Assembly (NCBI GenBank): GCA_964477025.1
Contig: CAYZDH010000002.1
Location: 1 to 43,148, forward strand
From: an uncultured Rhodospirillaceae bacterium
GTDB taxonomy: Bacteria > Pseudomonadota > Alphaproteobacteria > MPNO01 > UBA2964
Length of the DNA: 43,148 bases
Reading direction: 5' to 3'
Part shown: piece by piece, positions 16,818-26,780 of the stretch
How positions within the stretch are numbered: the stretch's first letter is position 1
Layout: every line of letters begins with the position of its first letter
Made by a program: the position numbers and the translations under genes
The notes under the pieces: model-generated
The model's database searches: none
Seen by the model: only the letters and a program-made list of their open reading frames with translations
Told to the model about the DNA's origin: nothing

Positions 16818-18242
16818 ATGCAAGTAACAGAAACGAGCGCTGAAGGCCTTCACCGAGAATTCACGGTAAAGGTGCCCGCAGATGATATTGAAAATAAACT
16901 CGTCTCACGACTGGGCGAGATTGGAACGACTGCAACGATCCCTGGGTTCAGGCCGGGCAAGGTGCCAGCCGCAATATTGCGTAAACGTTATGGCGAAGCC
17001 CTTCGAGGTGAAGTTCTAGATAAAACAATAAATGAAAGTTGGCAGCAGACCCTAAATGATAAGGAATTGCGCCCTGCCTCCGAGCCCAAGATCGAGATTG
17101 TTACCTTCGAGGAAGGAGCAGATTTAGAATACAAAGTTAATGTTGAGCTTATGCCGGTGATCGAACTAATCGATTTCTCAACCATCCAATTAGATCGTAA
17201 AATTGTAAGGGTTAGTGAAGATGAAATCGATAAGACCCTGCAACGTTTGTCAGAGAGCCAAAAAAACTTTGAGGCGATTAGCGGCAAACGTGCGTCAAAA
17301 AAAGGCGACCAAGTTGTTATTGATTTCAAGGGTACTGTTGATGGCGAAGAATTTGCCGGCGGTTCAATGACTGACTTTGAACTTGAGTTGGGCGCCAGCG
17401 GCTTCCTACCGGGATTTGAAGAAGAAATTTTAGGCATAAAGGCAAACGATAATAAAGAAGTGAAAGTAAATATGCCCGACGATCACCCTAATGAAGCGCT
17501 AAAGGGGAAGGAACTTGTCTTCGACGTGACCGTCAAGGAAATTAGAGAGGCTAAGTCAGTGTCTATCGGTGATGAACTCGCTAAAGCTAACGGGATGGAA
17601 AATTTAGACGCCTTGAAAGATGCTATTCGTGAACAGCTGGAAAATGAATATAACCAGTTGTCCCGTGCGCATCTCAAGCGAGGTCTCCTCGACAAGCTAT
17701 CTGATGCCCATAACTTTGAATTACCAGAGGGGATACTGACCGGTGAGGTTGATGCCATTTGGGAACAAGTCATGGACGCAAAAAAGAGAGGTGCGTTAGA
17801 GGAGGATGACAAGGAGCTGACCGAGGAAGAACTTAAGGAACGTTATCGGGAGATAGCGTCTCGCCGAGTAAGGCTTGGGCTAGTTGTTTCTGAGGTTGGT
17901 CAGTCCAATAATATCACTGTTACGCAAGATGACCTTAATAAGGCTATGCAGTCAGAAGCGGCTCGTCTACCCGGTCAGGAGGCTAGGGTTTTAGAGTACT
18001 ATCAAAAAAATCCAGAAGCCATGCAGCAACTTCAGGCGCCGATTTACGAAGATAAGGTCGTTGATTTTATTTTGGAGTTAGCCACGGTTACGAATATTGA
18101 GACAACAATTGAAGATCTTTCTAAAGACCCTGAGGAAATAACAAAGGAAACCGAAGGAAGAAAAAAGAAGCCTATATCAAAGAAGAAACCGAAATCTAAG
18201 GCTAAAAAGCGCCCACGCGCAAAGGCCGCTGATAAAAAGTGA
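16818..18242 (+). CDS. tig: trigger factor, with an extra poly-Lys/Arg C-terminal tail
   Basis: The N-terminus [20 protein letters not shown] and the GFRPGKVP ribosome-binding loop are present, and it lies upstream of clpP-clpX-lon. The tail is [28 protein letters not shown]. Confidence 0.95.
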   Translation: MQVTETSAEGLHREFTVKVPADDIENKLVSRLGEIGTTATIPGFRPGKVPAAILRKRYGEALRGEVLDKTINESWQQTLNDKELRPASEPKIEIVTFEEGADLEYKVNVELMPVIELIDFSTIQLDRKIVRVSEDEIDKTLQRLSESQKNFEAISGKRASKKGDQVVIDFKGTVDGEEFAGGSMTDFELELGASGFLPGFEEEILGIKANDNKEVKVNMPDDHPNEALKGKELVFDVTVKEIREAKSVSIGDELAKANGMENLDALKDAIREQLENEYNQLSRAHLKRGLLDKLSDAHNFELPEGILTGEVDAIWEQVMDAKKRGALEEDDKELTEEELKERYREIASRRVRLGLVVSEVGQSNNITVTQDDLNKAMQSEAARLPGQEARVLEYYQKNPEAMQQLQAPIYEDKVVDFILELATVTNIETTIEDLSKDPEEITKETEGRKKKPISKKKPKSKAKKRPRAKAADKK

Positions 18243-18247
18243 GTATT

Positions 18248-18895
18248 ATGGACGAGTATAAATTGAATGCACCACGTATGAATGCCCTTGTGCCTATGGT
18301 GGTTGAACAGACCAACCGAGGGGAAAGGGCCTATGACATTTACTCTCGACTTCTCAAGGAGAGAATTATTTTTTTGACGGGCCCCGTTGATGATATGGTG
18401 TCTAGTCTGATATGTGCCCAACTTCTTTATTTAGAATCTGAAAACCCATCCAAAGATATTTCTTTCTATATTAACTCTCCGGGAGGGATCGTGACCGCTG
18501 GCCTCGCAATTTATGATACAATGAACTATGTCCGGCCAGATATTTCGACTGTTTGCTTTGGTCAAGCGGCGTCGATGGGCTCACTGCTACTCGCAGCTGG
18601 TTCAAAAGGGAAGCGGTATGGATTACCGCATTCAAGAATAATGATCCACCAACCCTCTGGCGGATTTCAGGGGCAAGCAGCTGATATTGATATTCATGCC
18701 CGCGAAATTTTAAGTCTTAGAGAACGCTTGAACCAGATTTATGCCGATCATACCGAGCAGCCAATTGACGTCATTGAAAAGCGAATGGATCGGGATAGTT
18801 TTTTGTCCCCGGAGGAAGCTAAAGAATTTGGGTTGATTGATGACGTCGTTGATTCCAGAAAAGATTTGGTTTCTGAGGTTTCTGACGATAAATAA
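18248..18895 (+). CDS. clpP: ATP-dependent Clp protease proteolytic subunit
   Basis: Contains [30 protein letters not shown] and the catalytic Ser motif GQAASMGS. The start is uncertain: ATG 18248 was chosen, but GTG 18239 and a later ATG are possible. Confidence 0.93.
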   Translation: MDEYKLNAPRMNALVPMVVEQTNRGERAYDIYSRLLKERIIFLTGPVDDMVSSLICAQLLYLESENPSKDISFYINSPGGIVTAGLAIYDTMNYVRPDISTVCFGQAASMGSLLLAAGSKGKRYGLPHSRIMIHQPSGGFQGQAADIDIHAREILSLRERLNQIYADHTEQPIDVIEKRMDRDSFLSPEEAKEFGLIDDVVDSRKDLVSEVSDDK

Positions 18896-19031
18896 TTCAG
18901 GATCAACCGATTACTTCGGCTGTTTGATCTATCAGGGCTGCGAAGTACGTTTAGTATGGGAATCGCGTAAAGAGACCTGATTAAACTATAAAAAACCCTA
19001 GAAAATCAACGTTTTTTGCGGATGGACGCTT

Positions 19032-19060
19032 TTGAAATGCTCCGCTAACATGGGATAGTA
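19032..19060 (+). promoter_or_regulatory. candidate sigma70-type promoter for clpX
   Basis: TTGAAA-17 nt-ATAGTA lies about 25 nt upstream of the clpX ATG. This rests on a sequence match only. Confidence 0.3.
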
Positions 19061-19083
19061 AGGCCGAAATTAATGGAGTTTCG

Positions 19084-20349
19084 ATGACTAAGTCCGGTGA
19101 TGGAGATGCAAAGAACGTTCTTTATTGTTCGTTCTGTGGCAAAAGTCAGCACGAAGTTCGTAAGCTTATCGCAGGGCCGACGGTCTTTATCTGCGACGAG
19201 TGTGTTGAACTCTGTATGGATATTATCCGTGAAGAACACAAAACTACTCTTGTAAAAACGAGTGATGGCGTGCCTACACCAGCCGATATTTGTTCGGTTT
19301 TGGATGATTATGTCATCGGACAGTCCTATGCGAAACGGGTACTATCGGTCGCGGTGCATAATCATTACAAACGATTATCGCATAGCAGTAAACAAACTGA
19401 TGTGGAGTTGGCGAAATCTAATATTATTTTAATCGGGCCGACGGGTTGTGGTAAAACGTTACTAGCCCAAACACTTGCGCGTATTTTGGATGTTCCGTTT
19501 ACTATGGCTGACGCAACAACGCTCACTGAAGCTGGTTATGTGGGTGAGGACGTAGAAAATATCATTCTAAAATTACTTCAAGCCGCCGACTATAATGTTG
19601 AGCGGGCTCAGCGCGGGATTGTTTATATTGATGAGGTCGATAAAATTTCGCGTAAAGCTGATAATCCTTCTATCACACGGGACGTTTCAGGCGAAGGAGT
19701 GCAACAGGCACTGCTAAAAATTATGGAAGGGACTGTTGCCAGCGTTCCACCGCAGGGTGGCCGTAAGCACCCGCAACAGGAATTTCTTCAGGTCGATACA
19801 ACAAATATATTGTTTATTTGTGGCGGGGCGTTTTCTGGCCTTGAGAAAATTATTGCTTCTCGTGGCACGAGCAGCTCGATAGGTATAGGTGCAGACGTTC
19901 AGGGCTTGGATGAAAGGAAGACTGGAGAAATTCTTCGTGAAATTGAGCCAGAAGACCTCTTGAAATTTGGTCTTATCCCGGAATTTGTTGGTCGGCTGCC
20001 CGTAATCGCGACGCTTGAAGAGTTAGAGGAAAAAGCGCTAATAGAAATTTTAGTGAAGCCAAAGAATGCACTTGTTAAGCAATATTCTACTTTGTTTGAA
20101 ATGGAAAATGTTTCATTGACTTTTGCTGATGATGCCTTGCGCGCGATTGCAAAAAAAGCGGTCGAACGTAAGACTGGTGCTCGGGGGCTCCGTTCTATCC
20201 TCGAAGCAATATTACTTGATACAATGTATGAGTTGCCGGGGTTTGAAGGTATTGAAGAAGTTGCGATTAGTGGTGAAGTTGTAGAAGGGAGAGCTAAACC
20301 GCTCTACATTTATTCCGAAAGACGCGAGGATCTGGGAACAAGCGCTTGA
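19084..20349 (+). CDS. clpX: ATP-dependent Clp protease ATP-binding subunit ClpX
   Basis: Zinc finger [26 protein letters not shown], Walker A GPTGCGKT and Walker [10 protein letters not shown]. Confidence 0.97.
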   Translation: MTKSGDGDAKNVLYCSFCGKSQHEVRKLIAGPTVFICDECVELCMDIIREEHKTTLVKTSDGVPTPADICSVLDDYVIGQSYAKRVLSVAVHNHYKRLSHSSKQTDVELAKSNIILIGPTGCGKTLLAQTLARILDVPFTMADATTLTEAGYVGEDVENIILKLLQAADYNVERAQRGIVYIDEVDKISRKADNPSITRDVSGEGVQQALLKIMEGTVASVPPQGGRKHPQQEFLQVDTTNILFICGGAFSGLEKIIASRGTSSSIGIGADVQGLDERKTGEILREIEPEDLLKFGLIPEFVGRLPVIATLEELEEKALIEILVKPKNALVKQYSTLFEMENVSLTFADDALRAIAKKAVERKTGARGLRSILEAILLDTMYELPGFEGIEEVAISGEVVEGRAKPLYIYSERREDLGTSA

Positions 20350-20360
20350 TAGAAATGACG

Positions 20361-20390
20361 CTTGAATTTCTTTTCCTCCGTCCCCATCTA
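20361..20390 (+). promoter_or_regulatory. RpoH (sigma32)-type heat-shock promoter of lon
   Basis: CTTGAA-15 nt-CCCCATCTA is a near-perfect match to the sigma32 consensus (CTTGAA ... CCCCATnT). It lies about 65 nt upstream of the lon ATG. Confidence 0.6.
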
Positions 20391-20456
20391 ACTGTCATGT
20401 ATTAATTGATCGAAAGCCGGTTCTTTCATCGGCTTATAATTAGAGTAAGAGGTATT

Positions 20457-22859
20457 ATGTCGGAGTCGGACAAAAGTTCAATTTTCCCCGTTTTGCCATT
20501 ACGCGATATTGTGGTGTTTCCCCATATGATCGTGCCGCTTTTTGTTGGTAGAGAAAAATCTGTTCGCGCCCTTGAAGACGTCATGAAGGATGACAAACAA
20601 ATTCTTCTGATGACCCAGCGAAACCCTGGTGATGATGACCCCAAACCGGATGAAATGTATACCGTGGGAACTATCGGCACTGTCCTGCAGCTTTTAAAGC
20701 TGCCTGACGGGACGGTTAAAGTGTTGGTTGAAGGCACGCAAAGAGCTAAGGTTTCAGGATTTTCTGAAAATGCGGAGTTTTTCGAAGCGACAGCTGAACT
20801 CCTAGTGGATAAAGATGCTGACCCAGAAGAACATGACGCACTTGCGCGGTCAGTAATTTCTCAATTTGAAGAATACATTAAACTAAACAAGAAAATTCCG
20901 CCTGAGGTGTTGGTTTCCCTTAACCAGATAGAGGAACCCAGTAAACTTGCAGATACGGTGGCATCGCATCTAGCATTGAAAATTTCAGAAAAGCAGGAAC
21001 TTCTCGAACTCCAGACAATCACTGAGCGGCTTGAGCGAGCCTATTCACTAATGGAAGCTGAAATTGGTGTTTTGCAGGTTGAGAAGCGAATCCGTAATCG
21101 AGTTAAGCGCCAAATGGAAAAAACTCAGCGCGAATATTATCTAAATGAGCAAATGAAAGCCATTCAGAAAGAACTCGACGATGGTGAAGATGGGCGTGAC
21201 GAAGCCAGTGAACTTGAAGAGAAAATCAAAAAGACGAAATTGACTAAAGAGGCCAAGGAAAAGGCGACTGCTGAGTTAAAGAAATTTAAATCGATGAGCC
21301 CAATGTCTGCAGAAGCAACTGTGGTCAGAAATTATCTTGATTGGATTTTGGGGATACCATGGAAACAAAGAGGGCGCGTTAAAAAAGATATTAAATTTGC
21401 TGAAAATGTATTGAATAAAGATCATTGCGGTCTTGAGAAAGTTAAAGAACGAATTCTTGAGTATCTTGCGGTGCAACAACGCGTTGGAAAGGTTAGGGGG
21501 CCTATTCTGTGTCTTGTCGGGCCGCCTGGAGTTGGAAAGACGTCTTTAGGCAAATCTATTGCTTCTGCGACTGGCCGCAATTTTGTCAGAGTTTCACTTG
21601 GTGGTGTTCGTGATGAGGCGGAGATAAGGGGGCACCGGAGGACCTACATTGGATCCATGCCAGGTAAAATAATTCAGGGAATGAAGAAGGCCAAGAAGTC
21701 TAACCCCCTCTTCCTTCTTGATGAGATTGATAAGCTAGGCGCGGATTGGCGTGGAGACCCATCTTCAGCTCTGCTCGAGGTGTTGGATCCGGAACAAAAC
21801 AATACCTTTAATGATCACTACCTTGAGGTTGATTACGATTTGTCGGACGTATTGTTTGTAACGACTGCAAACACGCTTCGCATACCGGCGCCTTTACTTG
21901 ATCGTATGGAAGTTATTCGTATTTCTGGCTACACTGAAGACGAAAAACTGGAAATTGCCAAACAACATTTAATTCCAAAACAAGTCAAATCGCATGGTTT
22001 AAAAGAAGGGGAATGGTCAATTTCGGACGACGCTTTGCGTGATCTAATTCGGTATTACACCCGAGAAGCCGGCGTTCGAAATCTTGAGCGTGAGATAGCT
22101 AATCTATCGCGAAAAGCTGTTCGGCATGTACTGACTAATAAAGCGAAGAGTGTGCGCTTAACACGCCGTAATTTAGAAAAATTTGCGGGTGTTCAGCGAT
22201 ATCGTTTCGGGATGATTGAGGAGAATGATCTCGTTGGTGTAACGACAGGGCTCGCTTGGACAGAAGTAGGGGGTGAATTACTCTCTGTTGAAGCCGTTAT
22301 TATGCCGGGGAAGGGGAATGTCGCACATACCGGCACGCTTGGCGACGTTATGAAGGAATCTGTTCAGGCTGCGCGATCTTTTATTCGGTCTCGGTCGGTT
22401 GAATTTGGTATATCGCCTAAAGTATTTGAAAAGAACGATATACACGTTCACGTCCCTGAAGGTGCTACCCCGAAGGATGGACCATCAGCTGGTGTCGCAA
22501 TGTGCACGTCAATGGTTTCGGCACTCACTGGAGTTGAGGTCAATAAAAGTATTGCGATGACAGGAGAAATTACATTACGTGGTCGCGTTCTCCCCATCGG
22601 TGGTCTTAAAGAAAAGTTGTTGGCTGCATTGCGTGGCGGTATTCAGACTGTGCTAATTCCTAAAGATAACGAGAAAGACCTCGCGGAAATTCCAGAAAAT
22701 GTTAAGCGCGGGCTGGAGATTATACCAGTAACTACCGTTGATGAGGTTCTTGACCATGCTCTTGTACAAAAATTAGTGCCAATTGAGTGGCCTAATGTCG
22801 AGCCAGTTACCGTTTCCGAACCGCCGGAAAAAGATGTTGGTGGTGTGGTTACTCATTAG
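20457..22859 (+). CDS. lon: ATP-dependent Lon protease
   Basis: I chose the internal ATG (Met18, MSESDKSSIFPVLPLRD) preceded by AAGAGG. It has Walker A GPPGVGKT and the protease Ser motif PKDGPSAGV. Confidence 0.97.
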   Translation: MSESDKSSIFPVLPLRDIVVFPHMIVPLFVGREKSVRALEDVMKDDKQILLMTQRNPGDDDPKPDEMYTVGTIGTVLQLLKLPDGTVKVLVEGTQRAKVSGFSENAEFFEATAELLVDKDADPEEHDALARSVISQFEEYIKLNKKIPPEVLVSLNQIEEPSKLADTVASHLALKISEKQELLELQTITERLERAYSLMEAEIGVLQVEKRIRNRVKRQMEKTQREYYLNEQMKAIQKELDDGEDGRDEASELEEKIKKTKLTKEAKEKATAELKKFKSMSPMSAEATVVRNYLDWILGIPWKQRGRVKKDIKFAENVLNKDHCGLEKVKERILEYLAVQQRVGKVRGPILCLVGPPGVGKTSLGKSIASATGRNFVRVSLGGVRDEAEIRGHRRTYIGSMPGKIIQGMKKAKKSNPLFLLDEIDKLGADWRGDPSSALLEVLDPEQNNTFNDHYLEVDYDLSDVLFVTTANTLRIPAPLLDRMEVIRISGYTEDEKLEIAKQHLIPKQVKSHGLKEGEWSISDDALRDLIRYYTREAGVRNLEREIANLSRKAVRHVLTNKAKSVRLTRRNLEKFAGVQRYRFGMIEENDLVGVTTGLAWTEVGGELLSVEAVIMPGKGNVAHTGTLGDVMKESVQAARSFIRSRSVEFGISPKVFEKNDIHVHVPEGATPKDGPSAGVAMCTSMVSALTGVEVNKSIAMTGEITLRGRVLPIGGLKEKLLAALRGGIQTVLIPKDNEKDLAEIPENVKRGLEIIPVTTVDEVLDHALVQKLVPIEWPNVEPVTVSEPPEKDVGGVVTH

Positions 22860-22951
22860 AAAACCCTCGTCGTATCGTCCGGTTGGGGCGGGTGATTCGC
22901 TAAAACCCCTAAAAACTGCGGAATTCTGCTAAAAATAGGCGTTTTCTGCGA

Positions 22952-22981
22952 TTGACGGAGAAGAAAGTGAAGGCCTAGACT
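22952..22981 (+). promoter_or_regulatory. candidate sigma70-type promoter for hupB
   Basis: TTGACG-18 nt-TAGACT lies in the lon-hupB spacer. This rests on a sequence match only. Confidence 0.3.
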
Positions 22982-23074
22982 GTGTTCCTGTCGGGTAAAA
23001 AGTTTATACCTTCGGCATGGTGGTCTTAATAGTAAGGCCTTTTTCTTACCTTCCATCAGGAGAGGGGGCGTATA

Positions 23075-23347
23075 GTGAATAAGAATGATTTAGTTGCGAA
23101 TGTGGCTTCCAGCGCGGGACTTTCCAAAGCGGATGCTGCTAAAGCGTGCGCTGCAGTTTTTGACTCAATTACAGCGTCACTTAAGGGCGGAAATGAAGTT
23201 CGTCTTGTTGGGTTTGGTACTTTTGCCGTAACGCGTCGTCGTGCGTCTGAAGGTCGTAATCCACGGACCGGAGAGAAAATTCAAATCCCTGCCTCGAACC
23301 AACCCAAGTTTCGGGCCGGTAAGGGGCTTAAAGAAGCCGTTAATTAA
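23075..23347 (+). CDS. hupB: DNA-binding protein HU
   Basis: 90 aa with a GTG start after AGGAGAGGGGG. It contains MNKNDLV... and GFGTF....R.A..GRNP.TGE.I.I, the HU/IHF signature. Confidence 0.92.
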   Translation: MNKNDLVANVASSAGLSKADAAKACAAVFDSITASLKGGNEVRLVGFGTFAVTRRRASEGRNPRTGEKIQIPASNQPKFRAGKGLKEAVN

Positions 23348-23371
23348 TAAGGCTGGATTCTGGTATAAGTT

Positions 23372-23406
23372 AAAACCGGTCGTCTTAGGGCGGCCGGTTT
23401 TTATTT
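23372..23406 (+). terminator. rho-independent terminator of hupB
   Basis: AAAACCGGTCGTC-TTAG-GGCGGCCGGTTTT forms a 13-bp stem (two G-U pairs) followed by a T-run. Confidence 0.7.
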
Positions 23407-23463
23407 AAAAAGCTTTTCTTCCGACCATAGGGCTGTGCTATAGGGAGGGAGTTACTTAGGTGA

Positions 23464-23539
23464 GGGCGGTTAGCTCAGCTGGGAGAGCGCCACGTTTACA
23501 CCGTGGATGTCGGCGGTTCGATCCCGTCACCGCCCACCA
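23464..23539 (+). tRNA. tRNA-Val: tRNA-Val, anticodon UAC, CCA encoded
   Basis: The acceptor stem pairs GGGCGGT with ACCGCCC. It has the D arm TAGCTCAGCTGGGAGAGC, the anticodon stem-loop CCACG-TTTACAC-CGTGG and the T arm GGTTCGATCC. Confidence 0.93.
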
Positions 23540-23546
23540 CTTAATT

Positions 23547-23585
23547 AGCTATTGTTTCTAAGACTGCTTAATAACAGTAGCTTTT
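23547..23585 (+). terminator. candidate terminator hairpin after tRNA-Val
   Basis: AGCTATTGTT-16 nt-AACAGTAGCT forms a 10-bp stem (one G-U) followed by TTTT. Confidence 0.4.
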
Positions 23586-23964
23586 GGTTGTAAGCTTTGT
23601 TTCTTCCGTGAATTTTTTAACGCCCGTTTCTGATACTCGAAAAATTTGTAGATAAATTAATTTTTTCTGAGTTTTAAAATTAAAATATTATGGGTGGGCG
23701 TCCTGTAAAAATGGTTCGTTCTGAATTTCAAATCCCATCCCTTTATCTTTTGCGGGTCTGTAAACAATTCAAGCAGGTATATATTGGAGTCCGAGACTGC
23801 TTGAGGGGCCGTGTCTGATCCCGGAAGTAATGAACGTTCTAATCTAAAAACATGGCTTGAGAGTTGACGTCTCACAGAGTTTGTTGACTGGCAAACAAAA
23901 TTAGTATTTTCTCCGCCTCAGAGATTAGATTAACTTCCAAAAACCAAAACGGTCAATTATTCAA

Positions 23965-25323
23965 ATGGCTCAGGACTTCCTTTCATTTATTGAAAAGATT
24001 AAGTCAGAGAGACCTGACGAATTTGTGTCAGTTTCTGATAAAATCGACCCAGCACATTCAATTACTGCAACCGTTGTTAAGACAGAAGAAGAGGCCCGTA
24101 AACGGCCAGTTTTTGTTTTTGAGAATGTCAAGGGAACTGACTTTAAGGTTATGACCAATCTCCACGCTAGCCGACATCGTCTTGGTTTAGCGATGGGGGT
24201 TGGGCCTCGAGAAATGCAAAAACGATTTCTTGATGCCATGGAGAACCCCATTCCCCCTAAGGAGATAAATACTGGACCCTGCAAGGATATAATAATTAAA
24301 GGGAACGATATCGATATGCGGGCCCTGCCCCAAATTGTGCATCATGGGGACGACGGAGGCCCTTACATCACCGCAGCTATTTCATTCGCAAAAGATCCGG
24401 AAACCGGTATTTATAACTGTGCATATAACCGGCTCATGATTACCGGCAAAGACACGACGTCAATTCATCTGACACTGGGTAAGCAGCTGTGGGAATTCCA
24501 TAAGATGGCGGAAGCAAAGGGAGAACCATTACCTGTTGCGTTTGCTATAGGGGTGCATCCGGCAATCGCTTTGGGCGCGTTGTCTATTGGCTCTGTTGAT
24601 GAGGATGAGACGCATATTATGGGTGGGCTCTTTGAAGAACCCCTTGAAATGGTTCCTTGCGAGACCATTGATTTATCTGTTCCCGCTCACGCCGAGCTGG
24701 TTATTGAAGCGGAAATTATGCCTAATGAGTCGGTAGAAGAGGGACCGTTCGGTGAGTTTACCGGGTACAGTTTAGGCGCCCGAGAACGGGAAGTGGTCAA
24801 GGTAAAGGCGATAACTCACCGAAAGGGTGCATATTTTTATGACATGAATGTCGGCCATCTGGATCACATGTTGCTCTCGACAATCCCAATGGAGGCCAAT
24901 CTGTTTCGGGCGGTGAGAACAATGGTGCCCTCCGTAAGGGCAGTTCGTGTGCCTAGCCCCTTCACCTGCTTTGTTTCAATTGAGCAGCGGCTAAAGGGTC
25001 AAGGGAAGAATGCTATAATGGCTGTGTTTGGAGCGGATCTTTACATTAAGCGTGTCGTAGTTGTAGATCATGATGTCGATATTTATGATAATGGCCGAGT
25101 TAACTGGGCTATGGCGACAAGAAGTCAACCAGATCGTGATATCGTTGTTATAAGCAACGCTCGTGGTTCTGATCTTGACCCATCTACTGCCGGAGATGAT
25201 GGCTTCACCTCAAAATGGGGTGTCGATGCAACGGCGAAGCCACTGCTAAGTGAATTCACGCCTCGTCATAATTTTCCAGCAAATGTTTGGGATGCGGTCG
25301 ACGTTAAGTCAATTTTGTCGTGA
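23965..25323 (+). CDS. UbiD-family (prenylated-FMN-dependent) aromatic acid decarboxylase/carboxylase
   Basis: 452 aa containing the family motif EGPFGEFTGY together with ...AYNRLMITGKDTTSIHL... and ...VVVVDHDVDI... No ubiX-like gene is present in the window. Confidence 0.88.
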   Translation: MAQDFLSFIEKIKSERPDEFVSVSDKIDPAHSITATVVKTEEEARKRPVFVFENVKGTDFKVMTNLHASRHRLGLAMGVGPREMQKRFLDAMENPIPPKEINTGPCKDIIIKGNDIDMRALPQIVHHGDDGGPYITAAISFAKDPETGIYNCAYNRLMITGKDTTSIHLTLGKQLWEFHKMAEAKGEPLPVAFAIGVHPAIALGALSIGSVDEDETHIMGGLFEEPLEMVPCETIDLSVPAHAELVIEAEIMPNESVEEGPFGEFTGYSLGAREREVVKVKAITHRKGAYFYDMNVGHLDHMLLSTIPMEANLFRAVRTMVPSVRAVRVPSPFTCFVSIEQRLKGQGKNAIMAVFGADLYIKRVVVVDHDVDIYDNGRVNWAMATRSQPDRDIVVISNARGSDLDPSTAGDDGFTSKWGVDATAKPLLSEFTPRHNFPANVWDAVDVKSILS

Positions 25324-25327
25324 TGGA

Positions 25328-26728
25328 ATGACGGAAAATGTCGCTTATGGTTTCGATTTAGTTGCGGCAGAGAATGCCGATAAATTGGTTCTTATTGGAA
25401 ATGAACGTTCCTTAAGCTGGCGCGAAATAGACCGAAAAGCAGGAGCGGTCGCCTCAAATATTAAAGACGAGGGGCTTTGTCCCGGTGCCAGGTTAGCAAT
25501 ATGTTTTGATGACCCTATTGATACAATTATTGGAGTTTTTGGTGGTCTCAAGGCCGGGTGCGTAATTACCCCATTCAATGGACGTTTGAAATCCAAGGAG
25601 CGCGATCAAGTTTTATCATTACTTGGAAACCCATTCATAGTTGATAGTATCCCCAATGATGAAGTGGCGTTTCCAGCAGTCAATGTCGACCCAGAAGCCC
25701 CGGCTATCATATTGTTTACTTCAGGAAGTACCGGCGTTCCAAAAGGCGCTGTGCTTTCTCATCGTTCGGTAAATGCCGGGCTTGCCATGTGGAGCCATTC
25801 CGCACTTGCTCTTAAATCTGATGACATCGTTATTTCTGCTTTGCCACTTGCGCATTCCTATGGGCTTTTTGGAACCGTTATGGCACCTCTGCTGAAGGGT
25901 GCGAGTAGCGTTTTAGTCCCGCGGTTCGGTGTTGAGGAAGTAATCCGCGCTATTGTGGATAATCAGGCAACAATTTTTTGTGGTGTGGCCACAATGTTTC
26001 GACGAATTTTAGATTCCGAGCATTGTATTCCCGAGTTACTTTCTAGTCTTCGCTTTACGACGAGTGGTGCAGCGCCATGTCCCTGGGAGCTTGTGGAAGC
26101 CTGGCGAAAGAAGACTGGATTAAAAATTGTTCGTGGTTACGGAATGAGCGAACTCTTTCGGCCAGTCTGTTACACGCCGAATGATGATATTGAAACACCA
26201 GATGCCGTTGGGCATGCCGCAAAGGGTGTCAGGCTAAAGATTGTTGATGCCGACGGAAAGGAACTTGATGTTAAACAGGCTGGTGAACTGTGGATCAAAA
26301 CAGAATCCTGTATGACCGGTTACTTGAATTCCATTGAAGAAACAAATGCTGTTATGGAACGCGGGTGGTTTAAGACCGGAGATCTCGCCACGATAAGTCC
26401 CGAAGGGTTAGTGAGTATAGTCGGGCGCAAGAAAGAAGTTATTCTGCGTGGGGGGTATACAGTCTCAGCGGGTGAAGTTGAAGCTGTATTAAATTCTCAT
26501 CCCGAAGTTATTGAAGCGGCTGTAGTCCCGATGCCTGACAGTGATTTGGGTGAAGAAATTTGTGCCTTTGTTGTGTTAAAATCTTCGTCGGATTGTCTGG
26601 AACAGGATGTAATTGATTTTTGCAAGCTGCATATGGCTTCATATAAATATCCACGTAACGTTAATTTTATTCCAGAGTTACCGAAAGGGCCGACAGGAAA
26701 AGTAGAGAAAGCTAGGTTAATGCCCTGA
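25328..26728 (+). CDS. AMP-forming acyl/aryl-CoA ligase (adenylate-forming superfamily, short ~466-aa type)
   Basis: I chose the internal ATG (Met27), 4 nt after the UbiD stop. It has the AMP-binding motif FTSGSTGVPKGA, plus GYGMSE, KTGD and the C-terminal PKGPTGKV. Confidence 0.85.
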   Translation: MTENVAYGFDLVAAENADKLVLIGNERSLSWREIDRKAGAVASNIKDEGLCPGARLAICFDDPIDTIIGVFGGLKAGCVITPFNGRLKSKERDQVLSLLGNPFIVDSIPNDEVAFPAVNVDPEAPAIILFTSGSTGVPKGAVLSHRSVNAGLAMWSHSALALKSDDIVISALPLAHSYGLFGTVMAPLLKGASSVLVPRFGVEEVIRAIVDNQATIFCGVATMFRRILDSEHCIPELLSSLRFTTSGAAPCPWELVEAWRKKTGLKIVRGYGMSELFRPVCYTPNDDIETPDAVGHAAKGVRLKIVDADGKELDVKQAGELWIKTESCMTGYLNSIEETNAVMERGWFKTGDLATISPEGLVSIVGRKKEVILRGGYTVSAGEVEAVLNSHPEVIEAAVVPMPDSDLGEEICAFVVLKSSSDCLEQDVIDFCKLHMASYKYPRNVNFIPELPKGPTGKVEKARLMP

Positions 26729-26780
26729 AGTTTTAATTTATCCCTCCCTAAATCTTCCCTTTTCTTGAGAATTTATAACT

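Noticed and set aside
16525-16853. Two minus-strand ORFs (94 and 67 aa) spanning the nnr-tig spacer.
   Set aside because: They overlap the tRNA-Leu gene (16655-16739) and the tig start. The open frames run across the tRNA-Leu gene and show no protein-family features.
18901-18930. Imperfect hairpin after clpP, as a possible terminator or attenuator before clpX.
   Set aside because: The stem is interrupted by a 4-nt internal loop and no T-tract follows, which is too weak to call.
22856-23056. 66-aa minus-strand ORF in the lon-hupB spacer.
   Set aside because: It overlaps the likely hupB promoter and leader and has no RBS or motifs, so it is probably non-coding.
23657-23875. 72-aa minus-strand ORF in the 425-bp spacer after tRNA-Val. 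This would be a possible site for an integrase remnant or a small gene.
   Set aside because: It has no RBS, no family resemblance and an odd composition. I also looked here for a copy of the tRNA-Val 3' end and found only an 8-nt match (cgcccacc), which is expected by chance.
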